Made by a program: the position numbers and the translations under genes. Source: an uncultured Candidatus Saccharibacteria bacterium (GTDB lineage Bacteria; Patescibacteriota; Minisyncoccia; Phycocordibacterales; UBA2100). From it: a DNA stretch of 50,508 nt. The notes beneath the pieces were generated by a model, which was not told the origin of the DNA, made no database searches, and saw nothing but the letters and a program-made list of their open reading frames with translations. Positions 7,901 to 15,306 of this stretch are shown piece by piece (within the stretch, counting starts at the first letter, position 1; every line of letters starts with the position of its first letter). The DNA is taken from positions 1 through 50,508 of the forward strand of contig CAZOZG010000004.1 in the NCBI GenBank assembly GCA_964584225.1, given 5' to 3'.

Positions 7901-9103
7901 TCCATTCGAGATGACGACTCTCGAGAGATCGGTGTTGCCGCTTACTGCTACCCACTTCTTTTCACCCGCAGTGGTGCCTTGAGTGACATTCGACCAGTTG
8001 CATGTAAGAGGAGCTGAGATCGCGACTTGCTGTGTCGTCGTTGCAGATCGTATGCCGTTGCTATTAATAGCGATGACGTTGATGTTGGTCGTGGTGTTCC
8101 ATGAATGCGTGGCGCTGAGTGTCGTACCACTTGGCGAGTAGGTCGACGAACTCGGGAGCCACTGGTCGATCGAACCATTGCCGTCCCAATCGAATCCGAG
8201 GCGGACTTGGGTACCGCCGGAGTCGGTCGATGACGCTAGAATTGTGTTCGTTATGCCAACTCCTGTCGTCCAATTGGGATAGGTCTGGTCGAGGAGCTTC
8301 GGCGATCCGGGACCGGCGACAATGAAGACTGTTTTTGATGCGATCGCAGAACTAAGTCCAAGTGCATTTTGTGCATAGGCGCGGACGGCGGTCGTTGTCG
8401 GGGAAATCCACGACGATGATTGTGTAGCAGTCGTTGAACTATTGAGATATGTCGTGCAGGGGAACGCGCCACTGTATGAGAAGTCGACGCAGTAACGAAT
8501 TTGAGCGCTCTGCGGGTCGGTTGAATAAAACGTGAAGTTAACGGTCGAGCCTGTCGTCGTTCCCGTGGACGGGACGGTGATGACCGGAATGCTCGGCGGA
8601 GAGTTAATCTGAATCGAGCCCGTGTACGCCGACGGCGTCGTTGAACCGATGTTGTCTTGAGCCCAGACCTTATAGGTTTTGTAACCTGGTGTGTACCAAA
8701 TATGTGAGAGTGTCGCGGCGACGCCACTTCCGAGGTACGTCGTGGTACCAGGGAACCACTGCACAATAGATCCGAGGCTGTCCCAATCGAATCCGTAATG
8801 AATTGTGTTGCCCGCATTGGGATCTGTCGATACAAATGAGAACTGTGATGTCGCGACACTGGTCGTGCCGACGAGTGGGTTTGACGCCCCCGCGATCGGT
8901 GTTGTGGGCGCGTAGTTGCCCTGAGCGTAGTAGTAGCCCTGACTGTAGTAAGAGCCTTGACTATAGTAGTAGCCTTCGCTGTAGTAATAACCTTCTCCGT
9001 AGCCCAATGTCACAAGTGGTATCACCGTGACGGAGCACACCGCAGCTGCCGCGACGATTCGCTTTCTCGCTATATTTCCGCGTATGTATCGGAGAAATTT
9101 CAT
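1934..9103 (-). CDS. Giant (2389 aa) multidomain cell-surface protein with PKD/Ig-like repeats, two Asp-box propeller-like regions and at least 5 polyglycine modules
   Basis: The ORF is uninterrupted. An N-terminal hydrophobic signal/anchor is followed by GYYY repeats. Five modules carry HYGFDWD..GSI..W.PG. Asp-box-like strands are present (STDGGFTWN, SIDGGVNWT, STDTGQSWT, STDSGKTWT, SNNGGTSWS, STDGGIHWT). The C-terminal half is dominated by G6-G13 runs. Confidence 0.92.
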   Translation of the reverse strand: MKFLRYIRGNIARKRIVAAAAVCSVTVIPLVTLGYGEGYYYSEGYYYSQGSYYSQGYYYAQGNYAPTTPIAGASNPLVGTTSVATSQFSFVSTDPNAGNTIHYGFDWDSLGSIVQWFPGTTTYLGSGVAATLSHIWYTPGYKTYKVWAQDNIGSTTPSAYTGSIQINSPPSIPVITVPSTGTTTGSTVNFTFYSTDPQSAQIRYCVDFSYSGAFPCTTYLNSSTTATQSSSWISPTTTAVRAYAQNALGLSSAIASKTVFIVAGPGSPKLLDQTYPNWTTGVGITNTILASSTDSGGTQVRLGFDWDGNGSIDQWLPSSSTYSPSGTTLSATHSWNTTTNINVIAINSNGIRSATTTQQVAISAPLTCNWSNVTQGTTAGEKKWVAVSGNTDLSRVVISNGEGSSSGGGYIYTGVRTGSSVTWTQGSVKSYWAGLAMSADGSTYYAVNTGTAGNGNVWEATYSGGVWGTPTQFANANIQSKPFDAGMTTDANGQAAVVGICQGDPSSYATANGGTTWNSFTAAQYYCRQGLASNSDGSTIISATEVGNNDPPAYSRSTYYLTYSTDGGIHWTNITTPGKQYWERVAMSSNAGTTTGTIAGSPDGANAGKVWVTKNGYSGAWHSVTDLGTGYWWAVGVSPDGQYVAAASSDGKLYVSNGYGDNGTWALQSSLPSSANWKSLIVSNNGSHILAADDLGSGAGGDVWLGTCNTAAAAPTAPTVLNQTNPSWVSPAGAANTIAASSTDPALDTIHYGFDWDNSGSIDLWVPGTTSYIGSGNTVTANHSWNTNGTFSVLAENSHGLQSSKTTQAISITGSAQCSWGQRTSVVDNWSSVHATADFSTVVASAGYTSVSGYLARSTDGGFTWNYWNGASPGHLQWKDTAISDSGQIIYAVAYGGAIWKSIDGGVNWTSTVIPGNTGFKGITTSSTGATSTAAQTLNYSGTNASAYYSTDTGQSWTPAPTSNNYARDKVSSSKDGRVVFINELNWDNLHGYPALSTDSGKTWTDISALGHVGSAGVAVSGDGTHLAVAAGWNELYFSNNGGTSWSNSGLGSNHNWKSIALDSTGQHVITAEDGASTGQYGKIYISSNYGQPGSWTAQTLPTTGTGNWYGVTESSDGSQVAAVSYGGYIWTASCGAAGGSCTSCGFGVSIGNGQCRGVLTAGSSWSVPTDWNSANNVIEAIGGGGGGGGGGGSGAPGKYMASGGGGGGGGGYAKITNFNPGGSTVSYSVGSGGSTGSGGSSPNAGTSGGTGGDTWFSSTATLDARGGGAGGGGGGGNSSSVGGTAGSGGGNSPSNVGATIHKGGSGGGGDENGPYNGAPPTDASAEGGPGGGGGGAAGSGGDGSPACKCGHPDDAPCSPVAADWISGSKGGAGGATGGGAGGAGGAGSYSVTAAYPGSAGSAGTNWDATHGAGGGGGGAGNGKTAPGSIGGDGGTYGAGGGGGSGGGYSSLSGGNGGIGASGAIVITYTPNICASFAPPTNPMVKVYDPQGNLMNPDVSGFYTGTAGVNYGFTFSSHDISNQLNFLIDWFGNGKLNAMWPTSGSVSSDQATTKDIMSSSTSATAMNTWFINVVASSTSGLKSTGTTTVKMKLYPQSSLTLSGPTGALVNSPITLTITAQNMQVNSCSLNGGPSFTAPNGNSTASTTAPSTSQTVTYTVVCRDLQGNPFSSNPWSVNVTTCSHFACSTDNKSVLCTDDPSNTFPIQQCTASESCYFGNPSPDGNNYQNAFCSGTSWNGPPEFTVTPRLVSKGNNVHVHWHVDPALQCTVTDGTHVWNSVSTQTVITLPPVGGSQSYTTHGTYQFPVPSSYGSLTVRIWGAGGGGGGSGCDGFWGYSSGGNGTQSSFGNLIALGGNGAQFTDCTSVGAPGAGGSTLGGGDIAANGNPGASGGYYGGAGGAPANTGTGGTGGGPSPFAWGSLPTCNYLWAPQPTNATTGGGGGGGGSYYYGMYGGSGGGGGGYIQRTFGPGLLSGNMAVVVGQGGLQGSGCGLASYGADGRVDITWTPGPVWTVPSNWNPIANTVEAIGGGGAGAPSGGGGGGGGGYASITNFFAYPGDSIPYQVGAGGLPLNIASFVRGNGSCASGSCTWQVPAGVSLIYYTVVGGGGGGGSNIGGGGGGGDVLSGTVAVTPLSTLNITIGAGGTGLPNFTAGTGTNGGNSVLSGGATTITALGGGGGGGYAANQTGASGGSGGGGSGNGLGSGGTGGTATGAGYAGGKGFESGSGGVAAGGGGGGAGAVGQNAPNTLTGGNGGAGVLSFLSGAYYGAGGGGDSSTSGTGGLGGGGSDLVNGASSTGGGGGGRASGGSGIVIIGYSSAGSNDTWLKSPTTINAKGGVSATGVTGGIGGGRPGNLGNFGTTTHMGGSGKNGVGGYGGGGGGAAGLSGDGLQ
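4944..4970 (-). repeat. Three tandem copies of the 9-nt unit GCGCCCCCC inside the giant gene
   Basis: GCGCCCCCC GCGCCCCCC GCGCCCCCA on the plus strand, encoding GGAGGAGGA. Confidence 0.85.
5526..5557 (-). repeat. 3.5 tandem copies of the 9-nt unit CCACCACCT inside the giant gene (encodes a G13-type run)
   Basis: CCACCACCT x3 plus CCACC on the plus strand, corresponding to EAIGGGGGGGGGGGSG in the protein. Confidence 0.85.
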
Positions 9104-9104
9104 A

Positions 9105-10430
9105 TTACATTTCCCAAATTCGATGTTGTTTGGCCCAGATCACGCCGTAACCCGCAAGACCAAGAAGAATGATGAGTATGAGTACTAGGGTCATTGGCGA
9201 TGAGCTCGCAGGCGCGCCGAATGTGTTGCTCGGGCAATCAGGAAAACCGAATGCGCTACAGGAATAATGCGCGGTAACGCTGTTGATCGTTTGTTCGCCG
9301 GTCGAAAGGCGAGCGGTGACATCGAAGTCTCTGAGCCCCTCCGAAGCTACTTTCTGCAGGGGGATCGTGACGGCATCGCTGAGCGCGCCGGTATGGGTCC
9401 CGATCGCGATAACAGCTTCTGGTGCATTCGCACGAGTGACTCGCACGTCTATCTGACCTGTCGCGTCTTTGTCGACACCTCGGATGCACGTCGTCACGGA
9501 CGAAGGATCCGTGAGCGGATAGCTGGAAGCAATGATGTTGCTAAGGTGCGTTTGAGAAGTACCTGCGCGAGCAATTGCAAGCGTCAATACGTCGTTGTTT
9601 CCGCCCGCGTCGAGTATTCCTGAGCTTACATAACCCGACGCATGTGTGTCATTGATAGCGACAGTGCTCGTCCCTGCGATCCCTGGTTGTACGACGACGG
9701 TACTCGAACTCATCACGAGTGGCGCAATACCCGGCGTGTAGTCCCACGCGTATGTTTGCCAGTTGATGTGTGCTACGAAACCAGTGTGCGTGTTGTCGCG
9801 GATAAGCGCTGTGATTGGCAGTATATCTGACCCAGCAATTGTGAGTAGCGGTTTATCAAACGAATAGGGAGCGCTTCCGACCGTCACTTTTTTCTTATCG
9901 AAGGTGACGGTCCCGAGGTTACCCCCCTCGATCGCGAGATCAAGTGTTCCGTCGGCATGCGATGCAGGCAACGCAGGTGCTGCCACGAACGGATGCTGGG
10001 CGGTGACGATTGTCGCCGCGATGCGGAGCGTCCCACCTGCAGTTCCCATCGGCACGCGCCATGAGAAATTTTGCGTCGTTGAACCTCCGGCGGTTAATCC
10101 AATTGCTTTTGCTGCGACAAATTGATCCACGAGTGTTGGCGTTTGCGCGACACTGACCTTGTATACCCGCACAAAAAGTGCGCCGTCCGTAATCGGATAC
10201 GAATTTTTGTTCTGTACGGATGCGCCGATGCCGACCTGCACTCCGGGCGCGCTCGAGCCGAATGTCGTGCTGAGATGTACCACGACCCCGCTATCAGCTT
10301 GCGAACACACTGCGCTCTGGGCGGTCGACGTTGCATCAGCATGCGCCGTCTGTGTGACGGCGAATGCAGCGACAACGAGAAGAGCAACAAATGACCCACG
10401 TGCCAAAAAAAGCCGAGTCATCATAGTCAT
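9105..10430 (-). CDS. Exported protein with a signal peptide and a C-terminal TM anchor plus basic tail; function unknown
   Basis: MTMMTRLFLARGSFVALLVVAAFAVTQTAHA signal. C-terminus ...SSSPMTLVLILIILLGLAGYGVIWAKQHRIWEM. Its stop lies 1 nt from the giant gene ATG. The track start at 10442 is a TTG inside a TATAAT box (10442-10447, minus strand), so I prefer the ATG at 10430. Confidence 0.75.
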   Translation of the reverse strand: MTMMTRLFLARGSFVALLVVAAFAVTQTAHADATSTAQSAVCSQADSGVVVHLSTTFGSSAPGVQVGIGASVQNKNSYPITDGALFVRVYKVSVAQTPTLVDQFVAAKAIGLTAGGSTTQNFSWRVPMGTAGGTLRIAATIVTAQHPFVAAPALPASHADGTLDLAIEGGNLGTVTFDKKKVTVGSAPYSFDKPLLTIAGSDILPITALIRDNTHTGFVAHINWQTYAWDYTPGIAPLVMSSSTVVVQPGIAGTSTVAINDTHASGYVSSGILDAGGNNDVLTLAIARAGTSQTHLSNIIASSYPLTDPSSVTTCIRGVDKDATGQIDVRVTRANAPEAVIAIGTHTGALSDAVTIPLQKVASEGLRDFDVTARLSTGEQTINSVTAHYSCSAFGFPDCPSNTFGAPASSSPMTLVLILIILLGLAGYGVIWAKQHRIWEM

Positions 10431-10505
10431 GACTTCGCTCAATTATATGATGCCTCAGAGCCCTTTTTAGGTATATTTTGAGCGGGATGGGGGATAACAC
10501 ATCAG

Positions 10506-11459
10506 TCATTTATAGAGACTGTTTTTCCAGACGACGTGGATCGGGTCCGAATAAAAGCAACTTCTCGCGCCGGCCACGCACAGTGTTTTATCGCTCGCCG
10601 CTTCAGTAGCTGTGGAGCAAAACACGTTGTATTGTCGTGCGTCAGATCCGGTTTCGATCGCAACAGGAAAGCCGATACCGGTAAAGCAAGCTTTTTTAGA
10701 TATCGTCGACGGAGCGTTGTCACACCATGAACCGATTTGTGCAAACAGTGTCGACGTTGCTTGGCTGTTCCGGAGTGAGTAATACCACCATAATGGCAAT
10801 TCAAAGATGCACTGGTCTTTCACCGTGGGGTCGGTGTCGGTACACGGGGTATACACATTCGCGTCGGTCAGGGCTCGGTGATCGGTCATTGCATCTGCCG
10901 ACGTCGACATGTGTAAGTTATATTCCATAAAAACGCCATCGGCACAGATTTGTTGTTCTGAATCTTTGGAAAAGAGGTTTTTGCACTGCTGCAACGACGT
11001 CGGAAGCGCGTCCTGCCCATCGCCGTAGGCAGCCATGAGTCCGTGGCCGATGCCGTGGATACAACTGTACGGCTCATCTGATTGCTGACACAGCGGGATG
11101 AGATCTGCGATGATGTCCGGACCGCGCGCGGTCGCTGCCGCGGCAATAAATTGGTGGTAGCAACCGAACAAAAATTCTCCCGCACCACAATAGACAAGAT
11201 AGGTGGAACCACCTGCACGGTAGAGCGCTTCTCCAAATGCGTGTGCATCCATGTGTGCCGTCAGTGGTGCCTCGTCACGCCCGGTAAAGACGAAATCATC
11301 GTGCGCCTTCAGTGGCCCTTCCTGTTGAATCAATGAATACCATTTCGTAACCTGCGGACTCATTGGTTCCTGTAGAGATGTCGTCGACGAGACTCGCGAT
11401 ACGAAGAGTGCCGCGCCCACGAGCACGACGACGATTGCATACGCAAAAATTTGTCGCAT
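10506..11459 (-). CDS. Membrane-anchored Cys-rich hypothetical protein
   Basis: 317-aa ORF with an N-terminal TM (IFAYAIVVVLVGAALFV) and about 14 Cys, including CIHGIGHG. It is on the same strand as the exoprotein genes and 75 nt upstream of them (63 nt from the track TTG start). I do not recognise a family. Confidence 0.7.
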   Translation of the reverse strand: MRQIFAYAIVVVLVGAALFVSRVSSTTSLQEPMSPQVTKWYSLIQQEGPLKAHDDFVFTGRDEAPLTAHMDAHAFGEALYRAGGSTYLVYCGAGEFLFGCYHQFIAAAATARGPDIIADLIPLCQQSDEPYSCIHGIGHGLMAAYGDGQDALPTSLQQCKNLFSKDSEQQICADGVFMEYNLHMSTSADAMTDHRALTDANVYTPCTDTDPTVKDQCIFELPLWWYYSLRNSQATSTLFAQIGSWCDNAPSTISKKACFTGIGFPVAIETGSDARQYNVFCSTATEAASDKTLCVAGARSCFYSDPIHVVWKNSLYK

Positions 11460-11536
11460 CGGATTATTGTACCGTACGCTGTCGTATTGATGGCAGACCT
11501 CTCGAGTCGGTCAGCCGCGTCCGTGCAAGACGTCTT

Positions 11537-11545
11537 TGGTATACT
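11537..11545 (+). promoter_or_regulatory. Extended -10 box TGGTATACT, 8 nt upstream of the ABC ATPase ATG
   Basis: TGGTATACT-gccttctc-ATG(11554). There is no Shine-Dalgarno sequence in the gap. Confidence 0.55.
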
Positions 11546-11553
11546 GCCTTCTC

Positions 11554-12294
11554 ATGCCAGTACTTGAAATCGCGCATCTCAGAAAAGAGTACGGCGACGT
11601 TGTCGCGGTGAGTGATATTACGTTTGCCGTGCAGAAAAATGAAATTGTCGGGCTGTTGGGCCCCAACGGCGCAGGCAAAACGACGACGATCAATATGATT
11701 TTGGGCGTTTTAGAGCCGACAGGCGGATCAATCGCGATCGCCGGCATCGACGTGGCGAGCCGGACGAGCGAAGCGCTTGAGAAAACGAATTTTGCCGCGG
11801 TCTATTCGCATATGCCGGGGAATCTCACGGTCGTGCAAGCACTCACCATCTTCGGCATGATCTACAGTGTCGACGCGCTCAAAGATCGCATCGCGATGCT
11901 CTTGAAAGAATTCGATCTTGAACATTTCTCTGACACCAAATGCGGGCTTTTGTCCTCTGGTGAGCAGACACGCGTCTCACTCGCCAAGGCCATGCTCAAC
12001 CGTCCGCAGCTTTTACTCTTGGATGAGCCGACTGCATCACTCGACCCGGCGACCGCCACCGACGTGCGCGACAAAATTCTCGATTTCGTGAAGCGTGGGC
12101 AGGGCGGCGTCTTGTGGACCTCTCACAATATGCGTGAAGTGGAAGACGTGTGCGATCGCGTGCTCTTCCTTTCGCATGGAAAAATCTTGCTCGAAGGTGA
12201 CCCGAAGAAATTGCCGCAAGAACACGGCAAGAAAAATCTCGAAGAACTTTTCATCACCGTCGCCCGCGAACCCGTGTCACTCGAAACCGTATGA
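11554..12294 (+). CDS. ABC transporter ATP-binding protein (ABC-2 exporter type)
   Basis: Walker A GPNGAGKTT, signature LSSGEQTRV, Walker B LLLLDEP and the H-loop SHNM are all present. The stop overlaps the permease start (ATGA). Confidence 0.92.
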   Translation: MPVLEIAHLRKEYGDVVAVSDITFAVQKNEIVGLLGPNGAGKTTTINMILGVLEPTGGSIAIAGIDVASRTSEALEKTNFAAVYSHMPGNLTVVQALTIFGMIYSVDALKDRIAMLLKEFDLEHFSDTKCGLLSSGEQTRVSLAKAMLNRPQLLLLDEPTASLDPATATDVRDKILDFVKRGQGGVLWTSHNMREVEDVCDRVLFLSHGKILLEGDPKKLPQEHGKKNLEELFITVAREPVSLETV

Positions 12295-13091
12295 TCAACT
12301 TCAACCGAGCGTACGCGGTTTTTCTTCGCTACATGATTTTGCTGTGGGGTAATCCGCAGCGCTTGGTGCAGATCTTCGTCTGGGGTTCTTTCGACGTCAT
12401 TCTCTGGGGATTTTTGACGCGCTACCTCAATGCAGTCGGCAGTGCCGGTTTTAGTTTTGTGCCGACGCTTTTGGGCGGCATCATTCTCTCCGATTTTCTC
12501 TCGCGCGTGCAGCAGGGGACCACGACGCCCGCACTCGAAGATATTTGGTCCAGCAATTTGCTCAACTATTTCGCTTCGCCACTCCGGATTGGTGAATATA
12601 TCGTCGGACTTATCGGCGCGGCGATTGTGACGACGACGCTCTCGATGACGGTGATGCTTTTGATCGCGATGTTTTTTGGATTCTCCATTGTCACGTACGG
12701 ATTTTCGCTCGCAGGTTTTGTGCTCGTCCTTTTTCTCTTCGGCGTCTGCCTCGGTACGGTGGGCGCGGCGATTGTCTTACGCTACGGTCCGTCATCGGAA
12801 TGGTTTATTTGGCCCATGGTGTACGTTCTGACGCCCTTCATCGGCGTTTTTTATCCGCTTTCGGTGTTACCGCAGTGGATGCATGCGATTTCCTATCTCT
12901 TGCCGCCTTCGTACGTGTTTGAAGGAATGCGCGCGGTAGTGATCGGGACACCGTCATCGTTGCCGCCGTTGTGGATCGGCATGGTGCTCGCGGTTGTGGA
13001 TGTTGCACTTGCGGCTCTTTTTTTCCGCAGGATGTATCGGACGGTCGTCCGTCTCGGATTACTGGCGCGCTACAGCGCAGAAGGCGCGTAA
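12291..13091 (+). CDS. ABC-2 family transporter permease
   Basis: 266 aa with about 6 hydrophobic helices. It is translationally coupled to the upstream ATPase. Confidence 0.8.
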   Translation: MINFNRAYAVFLRYMILLWGNPQRLVQIFVWGSFDVILWGFLTRYLNAVGSAGFSFVPTLLGGIILSDFLSRVQQGTTTPALEDIWSSNLLNYFASPLRIGEYIVGLIGAAIVTTTLSMTVMLLIAMFFGFSIVTYGFSLAGFVLVLFLFGVCLGTVGAAIVLRYGPSSEWFIWPMVYVLTPFIGVFYPLSVLPQWMHAISYLLPPSYVFEGMRAVVIGTPSSLPPLWIGMVLAVVDVALAALFFRRMYRTVVRLGLLARYSAEGA

Positions 13092-13141
13092 TTGTTGAGT
13101 TTGCTCGAGAAAGAATTGGTATACTGAAGCGTCTCTCTAGT

Positions 13142-14617
13142 ATGCGCTCGCTCCGTGCTTTTTTCGCTGCGCTCGTACTGCTTCTGCCGCTGGTATCATT
13201 TGCGCAGAGCTCCTCGTGCGTCATTTTTGATCATGATCTCACATTGGGTGACACGGGAAGTGATGTCACGACGCTTCAGACATTTCTCCAGGCGCACGGG
13301 TATTTCACCGCAACGCCCGTACCAAATTTTGGTAACGCCACGCTCGCAGCGGTGCGCGCTTTTCAGGCGGATAACGGCATTTCATCGACGGGGACCGTAG
13401 GGCCGCTGACACGCGCCGCCATCCAAGCGAAAAGTTGCGGCACGTCTTCGACGACGCCCGCGTCGCCGCCGGTCCCGACGACCAATACCTCGGGCTCGTT
13501 CGAAATCTCGGGCTGGATTCCATACTGGCGCACGGCAACTGGCACTGCCGATGTGTTGCCGCATTTAAACGAAATCACGGAGGTGAATCCGTTTGTCTAC
13601 ACGATTCGCTCCGACGGGACGTTCCTCGACAATGGCGACCTCGCTGACAATCCGTGGAGCTCGTTTATTGCGTCGGCACGCGCGCAAAAGGTGCGCGTGA
13701 TCCCGACCATCATGACCAGCAATAGCGACCTCGTGCACACACTCCTTTCAAACACGACAAAACGCGTCACGCTCGAAGATCGCATCAAAGCCCTCGTCTA
13801 CAACAATAATTTTGATGGCATTGATATCGATTTCGAAGGGAAGTACGCGAAAGACAAGGATTATTTCTCGACATTCCTCAAGGGTCTGGCTATGCGTTTC
13901 CCAGATAAATGGGTGATGTGTACGGTGGAAGCACGAACGCCGCCGCAGGATGCGTATAAGACTGTGCCCGCGACACTCAAGTATTCAAATGATTTCGTCG
14001 CGCTGAATTCCTATTGCGATCGCGTGCGCTTCATGACCTATGATCAACAGGATGCTGTGTATTCGCTCGGTCAGACCAACAAATTCCAGCTCTATGCACC
14101 GCTCGCGGATCCGGTGTGGGTGCAAAAAGTGATTGATCTGGCATCGCAGACGATCAAGAAAAGCAAAATCATGATCGGCATTCCGACGTATGGCTATGAA
14201 AATCGCGTGGGCGGGGCCGTCGGCGACTACACCTACGATATTTTGTGGTCGTTCAATCCGCGCTACGCAGATCAGATAGCATCGGGTTACGGTGTGGTCA
14301 CTTCGCGCACCTCGACCGGCGAAATGGGCCTCTCGTACGTGCCAACGACGACCCAATCTTTGATTGGGAGCGACGTCATGGCGGCGACACCTGTCGAGCA
14401 AGATACGGGCGAGGGCATTACAGACGGGCTCAACGCGACGTCGTCCGTGAATCAATTGCAGACAGCGTTTCGCTATCTCGTGTGGAAAGACGCGAAGGCG
14501 ATCAGCGATATCATCGCGCTCGCGAAAAAGAACGGTGTGCGAGGTGTTTCTATCTTCAAGATGGATGGTGGTGAAGATCAAAATATGTGGACGGTGCTTC
14601 AGGGGGTGAAGAAGTAA
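13142..14617 (+). CDS. Secreted GH18-family glycosyl hydrolase with an N-terminal peptidoglycan-binding domain
   Basis: Signal MRSLRAFFAALVLLLPLVSFA. PG_binding_1-like GDTGSDVTTLQTFLQAHGYF...AVRAFQADNGISSTGTVGPLT. GH18 catalytic motif FDGIDIDFEGKY (DxxDxDxE). TGGTATACT lies at 13117-13125. Confidence 0.85.
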   Translation: MRSLRAFFAALVLLLPLVSFAQSSSCVIFDHDLTLGDTGSDVTTLQTFLQAHGYFTATPVPNFGNATLAAVRAFQADNGISSTGTVGPLTRAAIQAKSCGTSSTTPASPPVPTTNTSGSFEISGWIPYWRTATGTADVLPHLNEITEVNPFVYTIRSDGTFLDNGDLADNPWSSFIASARAQKVRVIPTIMTSNSDLVHTLLSNTTKRVTLEDRIKALVYNNNFDGIDIDFEGKYAKDKDYFSTFLKGLAMRFPDKWVMCTVEARTPPQDAYKTVPATLKYSNDFVALNSYCDRVRFMTYDQQDAVYSLGQTNKFQLYAPLADPVWVQKVIDLASQTIKKSKIMIGIPTYGYENRVGGAVGDYTYDILWSFNPRYADQIASGYGVVTSRTSTGEMGLSYVPTTTQSLIGSDVMAATPVEQDTGEGITDGLNATSSVNQLQTAFRYLVWKDAKAISDIIALAKKNGVRGVSIFKMDGGEDQNMWTVLQGVKK

Positions 14618-14643
14618 CTTCATTTGTTTTAGCGGGTAGCTTT

Positions 14644-14652
14644 TGCTAGCAT
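14644..14652 (+). promoter_or_regulatory. Extended -10 box TGCTAGCAT followed by a leader with a strong SD (AAAGGAGG at 14678-14685)
   Basis: TGCTAGCAT, then a ~30-nt leader, then AAAGGAGG, then 6 nt, then GTG at 14692. Confidence 0.5.
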
Positions 14653-14691
14653 CGCGGCAGTCAATCGTTCACGCACAAAAGGAGGCGCGTC

Positions 14692-15198
14692 GTGAAATAC
14701 GCTATCGCGCTTATTGCGCTTGTTGTCGCTGCGCCATCCCCGGCGCAAGAAATCCAGCTACCTGCAATTCCCGTGCCGCCGCCATATGCGGTCCCAAATC
14801 CGCTCGACCTCGACATCGGGCTCTTACCGAAAGCGATGCCGCTGCGGGTCATTGGTCGCGGCCATCTGAGCCTGACCGAGTTCAGTAAGTACAACACCCG
14901 CGGTGCATGTCCGGGAGCACTGCATGGTATTTTGTGGCGGCCCAAGGATGAGCCGGACTTCGATGAGGGCAATGTCGCGGTCTACTATTTTCGTAATCTC
15001 GGACGTCCGACGACCGTCCTCGACGATCAGTGCCCGATGGGAATCAAAGTCGCGGTACCGAAAGCGCTGTGGGGGGAAGCGCTTGTCGACAAGACAATGT
15101 CCGTTGTCGAAAAACGCAACATGGTTAGGCGCGGATTTCAGCATCTCAACAACCTGATCAAACGGATCGGTCGTGCGCTGCGTCCGGATCGCAATTGA
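14692..15198 (+). CDS. Secreted hypothetical protein (GTG start)
   Basis: 168 aa with signal MKYAIALIALVVAAPSPAQ. A canonical SD precedes it and a strong terminator follows. I do not recognise a family. Confidence 0.7.
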   Translation: MKYAIALIALVVAAPSPAQEIQLPAIPVPPPYAVPNPLDLDIGLLPKAMPLRVIGRGHLSLTEFSKYNTRGACPGALHGILWRPKDEPDFDEGNVAVYYFRNLGRPTTVLDDQCPMGIKVAVPKALWGEALVDKTMSVVEKRNMVRRGFQHLNNLIKRIGRALRPDRN

Positions 15199-15204
15199 AT
15201 GCTG

Positions 15205-15248
15205 GCGGGCGTCCTTCGCAAAGCGAAGGACGCCCGCACTTTTTCATT
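15205..15248 (+). terminator. Rho-independent terminator
   Basis: A perfect 15-bp stem, GCGGGCGTCCTTCGC-aaa-GCGAAGGACGCCCGC, is followed by ACTTTTTCATT. Confidence 0.85.
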
Positions 15249-15306
15249 GACGTTGCTGCGTTCTCGCGGTAGTCTCACTCTATAAGCCTTCGGGCTTTTC
15301 TTTTTT

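Noticed and set aside
13985-14623. 212-aa minus-strand ORF.
   Set aside because: It is antisense to the GH18 gene and has no motifs.
15262-15306. Small hairpin AAGCC-ttcg-GGCTT followed by TTCTTTTTT immediately before the typA ATG; possible attenuator.
   Set aside because: The stem is only 5 bp. The T-run may just be an AT-rich leader, and the evidence is not enough for a regulatory call.
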